Assembly (NCBI GenBank): GCA_039621445.1
Contig: CP154954.1
Span: forward strand, 17,328,589-17,392,588
Direction of reading: 5' to 3'
Length of the DNA stretch: 64,000 bases
Origin: Euglena gracilis
Lineage: Eukaryota
The notes under the pieces are model-generated. The model had not been told where the DNA came from. It made no database searches and worked only from the letters and a program-made list of their open reading frames with translations. Each line of letters begins with the position of its first letter. The first letter of the stretch is position 1. The translations under genes were made by a program, and so were the position numbers. Positions 25,201-34,300 of the stretch are shown piece by piece.

Positions 25201-28164
25201 TTTTGTGGAAGCCAGAAATTGCCTTTGGTACCAACTGTGTGAAGGCAGGTAGGGGGCACTGGAAAAATTACAGGACGTCCCATTCGTAGCCCTGTCAGGC
25301 ATAAAAGCTAGTTCAATCCCAGGACCCAGGGTTGGAATTAATACACCTTGGAGGAGTTAAATACAAAAAAACTGTTTTAAACCTGTTTCAAACAGTTTCC
25401 AACCATTCAGATCGCGAAAGACAGCCTGATTCCTAACTCCTGTGTCCTGGCGCTTTATGTTCATCCTTTTCAGCACAATGCCTGGTGGAAGACCGACAGA
25501 TGGTGTTTGGCATTACTTCGTGAACCATCAATTGTGCGATGGGCGCACTCGTGCTACTTTTAGATATGGTCCCCCTCGTCCAACGGATGTGGAGCCAAGC
25601 ACAACAGTGCAGGGGATTGCTACGTGCTGGGTTTACAGAAGAAGTATCACCTGATTGTGTCATCTGACGTTATGGGAAAGACATTGACTGCATCAATGTT
25701 CAGCCAGATGCAGATGGCGTTAAAGAAAGTTCAAGAGAAATTGGTGAAAACTATGTGTTGGATTTGTATTGTCAAGCTCCCCATGACAAAGGTTTGCCAA
25801 ACAATTCTGCCAGTGAATGTTCATTTTTCTTTTCTACAGTTGTCTGAAGGACAAGATGAGTCATGGATTGATGCGATGACAAGAGAATCAAGATGAGATG
25901 GAAGGATTGATAATCCGGACCTGAGCATGTCCCTGCTAAACTGCTCCAATTGGTTATCGTTGCGGAGACAACTTGTGTATTTTCTGCTTCTTGTTGCTTG
26001 AAGGTTTTTGTTTTTCTTGTTTGCAATGAAATGCCTCACGTTGGGCCCAAACTGGCCACCGCGTCTGGCCCAAAACATGGGCAGCACATCTGGCCGGGTT
26101 TGGGCCAGATAGATGTGCTGGCCAGTTTTGGGCCAGACGCGGTGGCCAGTTATACTGGCAGTTTTGGGCTACAAGTCGTGGCCAGTTTTGGGCCATGGGT
26201 CGTGGCTTTGGGTCAGGTCGTGGCCAGTTTGGCTTTTTGTGGTGGCCCAGGCAAATGAAAGCGTGAAAAGAAAAAAATGTGCTATGCAGACCCGTTTTCC
26301 AAAGTAGAATTCCTGCTTTTTGTCCTTTTGGCCTCCCCCTTCCCTTCGACTGGAACCGGGAATTTTGTTTTTGGTCCCATGCACTTCATGATAATTTTTG
26401 ACGGTTGGCTGTGCTGCGTGGACGTCGCAAGGGCCAAAGACACGTTCCTTCTCGTGTATCAAAGACTAACATTCTGCAATTTGAATGCGTGTCATTCAAG
26501 ACGAATGCCGGCGGTTTTATACGGCGCAGGGGCTCGACTGTTTTTTACTGAATTAAACGACCTGTTTAAAACGACCCGTTTTAAAACAACCAACCCTGGC
26601 AGGACCCTACTTGCCACCTTACAAAGTACCTCCAAGCGTTCCAGCTTTTCACAGCAGCTGTGTTAACTGCTCGTTGGTGTGGAGCGGCCCCCATTCCCAC
26701 TGAGCTTTTTGTATGTGTCAAAGACGACATGACTGTGGGAGGAGATTGCACATGACCTGGTGTGTTTTCTGGCGAGACTTTTGGCATATGGATGTGTGTA
26801 GAGGGGTTAAAATGGATGCATGTGTGAGGATGAAATTGTAGGGTGCCTGTTCGTTACAAGAAGACAATGCACATACGAGGAAAACAAGGCCCAGCCATTC
26901 CGAGGGCCAGAATCAGCAGACAATTAGAGGGTTGGGAGTTGGGGGCCTGGGTTGTGGGTTGAGGGTTGGGAGTTGCGGCTCGGGTCCCAAAATAAAAGGG
27001 GGGGAAAAAAGACAGAGAAAAGAAGACCACTTAGGTGGGGAGGGTCCACCTCTTCCCAGAATTTTGGCCCGGTTCGCCGCGCCGTCGGCACGTTGACCCC
27101 CTCCCGCCACGGGGAGGCTGGGCACCGCTGGGGTCCCGGTGGGAGGGGGGTGCCTGCTAGGGGCAGGCACCCCTAATTATGATGGATTTGTGCAAGGTTG
27201 ACGGCTTGTTTTTCTTTGAAACAAAAAAAACATGTTTTTTTACATAAAAAAAACCGTCTTGGAGGGTTTAGGTGAAAAAAATTTTTGAACGTTCAATGCC
27301 TTCTTTCAAAAAAGTGCAACCGTCTCGCCGCCCGGGCGGCAAAAAGAAAACAACACACACGCACACACAACATTGGGAAATAATACCCCCCCCCGGGGTG
27401 CTATTAGTTTTTTTTTTTGCCCGAAGTCCCGGCCCGAGGGGTGGGTATTATTTTTCCAAAATTTTCGAAATTTTTCGAAGTCCCGTGAAACCCAAAATAG
27501 CACCCAAAACCCCCTTTGGGGTCATTTTTTGCACTTTCTTCTGAAATTTACCATTTTTTGGAGGTCAGATGAGCCAGAAAAATCCATTTTTTTCATAATT
27601 TGTTGTCAGAAATTGTGATTTTTACCTACATTTTCAGGTCAAAAATCCAGGCCTTCGGCCCGAATCCAGGGGGGGGGGGGTATTATTTCGGCGGCCGAAG
27701 TCGGACCCCAAGGGGGGGGGGTATTATTTGGGGGGGTACTATTTGGGGGGGGTTTAACAGGTTTTTTTTAAAGTCCGGCCGAGCCCCCCCCCCCCCCCCG
27801 GGGGTGATCCCCCCAGGACTGAAAATTTTTGAAAAAGTGCTATTTTTGTAATTTTTCTGTTTGTGGCCGGCGCTAACTTCGCTTCGGGCCCAGGATCTCG
27901 CCCCCCCCGAGAAAAAATTGTTTCTACACCGATGTGAGCTACCCCTTCGGGCTCCACTGTCCCGAAGCAACCCCTCCGCCTCTGGCGGTGCTTCCTGAAC
28001 TAGCGGAGGCCCGGAAACGGCCCGCCACGCACAACCAAGGCGGCAGTGAATCGGGACCATGTCATGATGTCCAAGGAATGCCCCTTGCACAACCAAGAAC
28101 CAATGCAGCACGTCGGAGCTGCAACGACGCCCCCGAGGAGCCGCAGGGCGTGAAAGACAGCTGA
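3696..28164 (+). CDS. Gene A: multi-exon protein with ZZ/C1-like Zn finger, SPRY-like, Mib SH3-like repeat and MIB/HERC2 domains (Mind bomb/HERC2-type modules, possibly ubiquitin-ligase related); span includes introns
   Basis: Exons listed separately; several junctions restore the frame. The 5' end is not defined and the last two exons are tentative. Confidence 0.65.
5360..7975 (+). CDS. Gene A SPRY-like exons (~5360-5514, ~5780-5985, 6581-~6708, ~7236-7419, 7897-~7975)
   Basis: MQATAVEGGHSTLAIKGTFSATGRNSLK; LMGVLA..YVGGEGLPDSIGL; GDTLEVAVEDGMVTFAVNGQPHGAV|AAVEQDSTLRFGVSLCGAGQRVR matches the SPRY pattern GD.i.v....g.l.F..NG...G....l...vSl; several 1-nt frameshifts. Confidence 0.65.
7420..7896 (+). 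other. Nonconventional intron = MITE 7423-7891 plus one 8-bp TSD
   Basis: TIR core ATTCACTTA/TAAGTGAAT; flanks GCGGTGGC (7415-7422) and GCCGCGGC (7892-7899); removal gives in-frame HGAVAAVEQD. Confidence 0.7.
11175..11661 (+). CDS. Gene A Mib/SH3-like repeat exons (11175-11253, 11514-11661)
   Basis: IAGHRILMRRAETIQEVM|MATRPADAVRLVPLASKQGTVKRYNAADDAYFVEFDSCGSHWVPRSCFN; intervening intron GAACACATG...CATGTGGAGTC has paired ends; GTGAG donor at 11662. Confidence 0.65.
13259..13527 (+). CDS. Gene A MIB/HERC2 domain exons (13259-13344, 13459-13527)
   Basis: RVVRGKTWQWGDDDGGAGNVGVV|NGVAVTEVDFNGPECVCVTWPIG matches the MIB_HERC2 motif RVvRGpdWkWgdqDGG.G..GtV...V.W..G; 114-nt intron GACCAC...TTGGTCAG restores the frame. 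Confidence 0.8.
14260..14880 (+). repeat. Degenerate copies of the GGCAGCAAGCCT satellite family (also ~18540-18660 and ~18995-19110)
   Basis: Recurring GAGGG(C/T)GAGGGG..AAAATTT.CGGCAGCAAGCCT motif shared with the 20-25 kb array. Confidence 0.7.
15290..15950 (+). mobile_element. Internally deleted pogo/Fot1-like (Tc5/CENP-B type) transposase relic
   Basis: HTH PRTTLYGW, then GRPTCLTPQEEEYVLQAMADLEKEGATVDREVLAVLATE..LGQGWAQSFR (CENP-B-type HTH); C-terminal-like LVQWMSAWLEEDNLEKLIRRSW; no DDE core seen; 45-nt GT-AG intron 15381-15425. Confidence 0.75.
20155..24806. repeat. 66-bp satellite with ~1.35-1.57 kb higher-order repeats
   Basis: Monomer GGGGAGCGGCGGAGTGGTTCGCGAGGGCGAGGGGTGTCAAAGTTTTCGGCAGCAAGCCTTACCCCG; four pure arrays separated by three copies of a ~1-kb block. 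Confidence 0.95.
25478..25895 (+). mobile_element. Degenerate BED-zinc-finger (hAT-like) transposase relic
   Basis: MPGGRPTDGVWHYFVNHQLCDGRTRATFRYG resembles the BED N-terminus (VW.yF...a.CxyC with the cysteines lost); ATG preceded by TTTTCAG; rest fragmentary. Confidence 0.4.
26040..26250. repeat. Minisatellite of GTGGCCAGTTTTGGGCCA-type units
   Basis: Repeated TGGCCAGTTT(T)GG motif; first unit inverted; resembles subterminal repeats. Confidence 0.8.
27089..28164 (+). CDS. Candidate last exons of gene A (~27089-27128 and ~27931-28164)
   Basis: (G)TLTPSRHGEAGHR + DVSYPFG... would complete the MIB/HERC2 W..G....YR.G..G..DL motif; splice ends are not clean. Confidence 0.4.
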
Positions 28165-28390
28165 AACCGGAATCACCGGCCCACCCGTCATCAACACCCA
28201 GACCTTAAACGGCACCGAGCCCTGCCACCTCCCCATTGCCTGCCCAACCACTCTAACTCACGTGGCCGAAGAACTCTGGAAGCTGATCAACAGCGGCCTC
28301 ACCTCGCGCCTTAAACTATTCTCTAAGCTCGCCCCTTTTACCTTCCCTCCCTTCACCAACGTGCACAGACTGTTGCCTCTGTACATAGCC

Positions 28391-31300
28391 TTACTCCCCT
28401 GAACCCTTCAAATCCAGTAGGCTGTGCCACTGGTCGGTGGATTCGGTTCGCCCCACCACCGTTCTCACCCTGTCCTATTTGTTTTGTCTTGTGTGGTGCT
28501 TGTGTGGTGCGTGTGTGGTGCTTCCACACTGAACCATCCACAAATGCCGACCTCCTCCAGAGGCTCTCACTCTCCCTACTCAAACTAAATACAAACCCCA
28601 TTTCACCGCAAACTGTGCAAACGACAACACACACACGCCAAGGAAGGCAGCACAAGAACCACCCGAGACAAACACGCCAATGAAGGCGACAAGAGCCACA
28701 CACCCCTCCCCCGAAGCACCGTACCCCCCTATTTGACCACACCCACAGGCCAACGGACCCCCCAAATGTTCAAATAAGGGGTCAAAAATTCCTTTAGAAA
28801 AAGGGCAAAAAAAATTTCCTCAAACCCAAATGCTCAATTAAGTGGCGGGTCAAATAAAGGGGGGTGGTATATTGAAGGTGAGCCTCGCTCATTTTCCACT
28901 CGCAGCAGTAACGACACTAACACGCCAAAGAAGGCAACACCAGAACACACACGCCCCCTGGCACTTTATATATTGAAGGTGTGCCTCGCTCATTTTCCAC
29001 TAACCTCTCACCCAACCACCGAACACCTCTTTGTAAACCCCTCAGAAGAAAAACCGCTGACCCGTGAGCGCACAGGGAGTCACGAGGAGTTCTCCTTGTG
29101 GTGAGGGCCAAAAGAGCCATTTCCCTGGGCCCGGGGCAGTCTGGGCAGGGCTGCATAGAGGTAGAGGTAGAGGTCAAAGGCCTCTACCTCTATGTCAACC
29201 ACCTCTACCTCTACCTCTTTATGACCCTTTTTGAGGCCATTTTGGTACATTTTACAGACATAGAGGTGCCATAGAGGTAACACCCCATCTGCTCGGAAAA
29301 TGGCGATTTTGCTTGAAAACACATGCAAAACGGCGAGGGGATGAGAAACAATATGTGGGTTGGTGATTTTGAAAGTTGTTGGCGCAGTTATGTGAGCACA
29401 TTGAGCAATTCTGAAAACCTTTCATGTAACGTGACCCCCCCCCTATATGGCACCCCCCTGGGAGCGTTTTGACCCCCCTAGCGACTATTGGGGGGGGGTG
29501 ACAATTAGGGGGGGGTTACTCAATTCACCCCACATTTCCATGGGTCCATGGGTAACCCCCCTAATTGTCGCCCCCCCAATGGGGGGGGCGACTATTAGGG
29601 GGGGGTGACAAATAGGGGGGGTCACGTTATTTCTCCTTTGCTTGCAAAAAAATTCCTTTATTAAGTCGGTGACCCCCCCCCACCGGACTCAGGGCAAAGC
29701 CGGTGGCCCGCTACGATGGACTCAGGGGTGACAAAGCCGGTGAGGGGGGGGTCACCGGCTTTGTCCTGAGTCCGGTGACCCCCCCCCAATTTTTAAAAAT
29801 GAATGGATGAATCTTGTGGGGATGTGCGGGACAACCAATTAAAAGCCAGAAAAGACCACCATGCACTAAAACGCCAGTAGGACCACAAGATTGCCAGGCA
29901 CAGCATGAGGACAGAGAGAGCCCGGAACAAAAAAACCTGGTACAAGCGTCAAGCATACGTAATGGTATTAGTAGGTTCCAGGAAGGAAAAAAATGGAGGC
30001 AGACAGTTGGTGTGATCCTCATTGCTTACGCTCCGTGTTCAAAACACGGGCGGGCATGGGGGGCATCTCCCTGCTGTCACAACGAGGACAACACCAACTG
30101 TTGCGAGGGGGGGGGCATGGCACTGCCAGCGCAATCAAGGTGCCAAAATTCGTGGCATGAGTCGCAGTCCATTGGGCGCAGCAAACCGCGTTTGCCCAAC
30201 GTCAGCAATGGCAGACGCACCCTGGGTCTGGCAGACCGAGGAGTACCGAAAGACACTGTTGAGTGCCTGTCCTCTGCCAACTCCATCCTCGAAGGAACTC
30301 TCCCAACGCAAACATGGGCCGCGGATGTATCACTCTTGAACGAAGCCCAAAGCCCTCACATTCAACAGAAGTGGTGGGGTGAATGCTTTGCGAAAACAAC
30401 GACAAACGGTTTTATCCTCCAACCTTCACGGTCAAGACGCCGTCCGGTTCGCAAGCCAACAGCGGCCCCACGCAATGGCCTGGGCTTCTGTCACACCATC
30501 CTCTGGACTGAAAACATTGGTTGCTTCTGCCGAATTCAAAGGATTTCTAAAGTGGTCACTAGGAGCACCAGTTTGCCCTCCAACGGGATCAACGTGCCCA
30601 CGCTGCACCAAGCCAATGGACAACCTGGGTAATCACCTTGTATGCTGCAGCTCAAATGGTATCACGCGGCGACATGTGGTTTTTGCCGACCCCCCCCCCT
30701 GGGGTCCGGGCCAAAAAAACAGCCAGTCGCTCTGAAAAAAACCAGTCACCCACCCCCTCGGGGGGGGGGGGTCGGCCAGTGACTACGTGATTGTATGGCC
30801 ATGAATATGAATGCGAAACCTTTGAAATTCCTCCCAACTGTAGTGTCTGGGCTTATTTGCAACATTTCTGGAGTTTATACCACCTCCTGATACAACACCC
30901 CCCAGAGGGGGGTCTGGCCAACATCTTTTTTCCAAAAATTGAAAACCTGACTTTCATCTCAGCTCACAGCGCCGGAGGAAACCCCCCCCTGGGGGGGTCC
31001 TAGCAGGTGGCTTTTTTGTGTCCTGCCGGCTGTCAGCACAGCTGCGATGACTTTCTTTCCACTCGACCCCGGAGGGGAGGGTCTGCAGCCTGGTTGGGAA
31101 CCGGCCGGGGAAAAAAAGTGCTGGCTGGTCGGACCCCCTGGGGTGTTGTTGGGTCCCGGCTTCGGTAATTCCCTGTGTCAAACCCATCATTTACCAGTTT
31201 TCATTTAAGGCATGGATTGGTCACAAAAAAACTTGTGTCGGAACCGCAAAGCCCAGAGCATGCCCTCAACGGTGGCCTCCAACACCCCCAAGCTTCCCTC

Positions 31301-34300
31301 CAGCTTGTGCCAGCTGTTGTGAGCAGGGCGGTCCACACAACGCATGCAAGTCACACTCCACAATAGCAGTGGGCTGAGCAACAAAAATACCTTGCAACAC
31401 CTACCCTCAATTGTCTGGGAGGGCCAAGGGGGGGGGGCTTTTGGGTGTCGATTTTAGGTGCAAAAAAATATGTTGCTTCACACCAAAAATCAAAACCTCT
31501 TCCCTAAATTTGTTTTTGCATGATTATGTCATCCATGGCACCATCTTTTACAAGTCATTGTAAACAGAAATGATGACTCATTATCCTCCCCAGAGCCCCC
31601 TCCATTTCAATGATTTTGTGTGCGGGCTACCTCCTCCACCAAACCACTCCGTATCTCATTGTCGCACATTGTATCACGCAACCCGTTCCATGCGATATTT
31701 TGCAGCTTTTCATGGCACCCATTCGCGTTTGGGTCGAATGGGTGCCCCCGGAGGGGAGCTTTGCTTGGACTTGGGATGAAGAGCAGCAAAATATCGCATG
31801 GAACGGGTTGCGTGATACAATGTGCGACAGCCCGCACATGAAATCGGTAAAATGGAGGGGGCTCTGGGGAGGCTCCTCGGGTGACCAGCCTCCGAAGAGG
31901 CTCCCCATGCGGCCCCCCTGGGGGCGCTCTGCAGTGGCAATGCGCTCCAGCAGGTGGCGGTTCTCCTCCGCCAGCGCCCCGGAGTTCAGCCGCTCCAGGG
32001 CCGCGAGGCGGTGGTCGAGGTCCGCCTCCAGCATAGCGTGGAGGCGGTGCTCCAGGTGGTGGATCCACCGCACACCGCTTTGCTCCCTTGGCGACCAAGC
32101 ACCAACCTCCCGGGCCGGGTTCAATATCTACATAAGCATAAGAATATAATAATATATATAGAATAATATTATAAGATTGTATTATTTCTTTTATATTTAT
32201 ACATAAGAATATATAAATTCTTATATGTTATAAATTATGTATAAGAATGTAGGCAGGAGGGTTCGACCCCCCTGCAGATTGGACCCCCCTGCAGTCCTGC
32301 AGGGAATTGGGAGGACACCCCCAACTCCTGAACAGTGGCGCGGTCAGGGTGACCGAAATTCAGCCCGGAGCGAAGCACTGGGCCGAAAAAGTTTGCCCCC
32401 CAAAATCGGCCAAATCTGCCATTTGGGGCACTTTTGGGGCAAAAGAATTGCTTAAAATACCAAAAAATTTTCTGTGGAAAGTGCCGGCAGAAAAAAAAAG
32501 ACCTTTTGGGGGAGGGGTCGGGTATCCCTCCTGGGGTCGGACCTGGCAGGTGGGGCACGTGGGCAAGCACCTCTGGTCATCCATGCCCCTAGGCCCAGCA
32601 TCGCCCAGCATCGCCCAGCATCGCCCAGCATCGCCCAGCATCGCCTTTGGAGCCCTTCAAGGTGTACCTTTTATGCCTGCTGCTTTTGCCGCTCTCGCCC
32701 ACTTTTGGCTACTTTTAGCTATCTTTGGTTGCTTTTTGACCACTGTGACTGCTTTTTGAACACTTTTGCCCACATTTGCTGCCTTTTGACCAATTTTGAC
32801 TGCTTCTTGACCACTTTTACCGCTTTTTGCCCTCTTTTGCCCCTTTCCCACCCCTTTTCCTGCTTTTTTGCTCCCTTTTGCCTGCTTTTTGCCCTCTTTT
32901 GACCACTTTTGCCTGCTTTTTGACCACTTTTGACAACTTTTGCTGCTTTTTGGCCACTTTTGCCCACTTTGGCCATTGTTGCTGCTTTTTGATCGCTTTT
33001 GCTACTTTTTGACCACTTTTGTTGCTGTTTGACCACCTTTGCCCACTTTTGCCTGCTTCTTGACCATTTTTGCTGCTTTCTAACCACTTTTGCCCCACTT
33101 TTGTCTGCTTTTGACCACTTTTTGACCACTTTTGCTGCTTTTTGCCAGCACAAGATGTGGTGTGCAGGCCTGTGAGATGGCAACATCGAGTGCAAGTTGC
33201 AAGCCCTCTTGCCGGTCAGACAAACGGAGACCAAAACAGTTGTTGTGCTGGAGGGTGGAGGGTGGCACCCCTGCAACAGCAACGGGGTGTCGACCCAACA
33301 CCCCGCCCAGACCAGGCTGGATCTGCGGCGAGTGTAAGTGTTCAGAGGTTATACCAACAACAATCAAGGAAGGACACAGCAAAATGGCGTTGTTCAGCAT
33401 CTGCACCTTGTCCACCATCTGCATCTTGTCCAGCATCTGCACCTTGTCCAGCATCGGCATGTTGTCCACCATCTACATCTTGTCCAGCATTGGCATCTTC
33501 TCAGTATCTGCAACATTGTCTGGTGTCTGCATCCACTTCATCTTGTCCAGTATCTGCTTCTTGTCCAGCATCTGCATCTTGTCCAGCATCTGCATGTTGT
33601 CCAGCATTTGCATCTTGTCCAGCATCTGCACCTTGTACAGCGTCGGCACCTTGTCCAGCATCGGCATCTTATCAGTATCTGCATCTTGTCCACCATCTGC
33701 ATGTTGTCCAGTATCTGCATCTTGTCCAGCGTCGGCATCTTGTCTGGTATGTGCATCTTGTCCAACGCCTGTCCGGCATCTGCATCTTGTCCAGAGTCTG
33801 TTCCAGTATTCATCCAATGGCACCCAACCTATCCAAAATAACCATAAAAGCCCAAAAATGACCACAAAAACCCAAAATTGACCACAAAAAGCCCCCCAAA
33901 AGCAACCAAAATGACCCAAAATGCTTCAAATGACCAAAAAAAATGCCCAAAAACACCAAAAGATTGTGAAAAATGACCCAAAATCACCACAAAGGCACCA
34001 AATGGCCCAAAATGCCATAAAATGCGCTCACATTGACCTAAATTAGCCTAATATTTGCCAACACAGTGACAAATAACCCCCAAATTAGCAAAAATTGATC
34101 CATAATGGCCAAAATGGGTGTAAGACTGGAGAATTGTGGGGAAATTATCCCAGAAATAGGTTTAATTCTTCAAAATGTACAAAAAAATGCCAGCATCGCC
34201 CAGCATCGCCCTGCATCGCCCAGCATCGCCCAGCATCGGAACCCCACCTCTGGTCTCCAAAATTCCAGCATCGCCCAGCATCGCCCAGCATCATCAGAGG

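Noticed and set aside
31610-32149. Plus-strand 179-aa ORF
   Set aside because: It is the Ser/Arg-rich antisense shadow of the minus-strand coiled-coil exon.
32657-33919. Overlapping repetitive ORFs (SSICIL, QHLHLV, LDKMQM, K/Q-rich)
   Set aside because: They arise from minisatellites inside a TIR-bounded element and are open on both strands.
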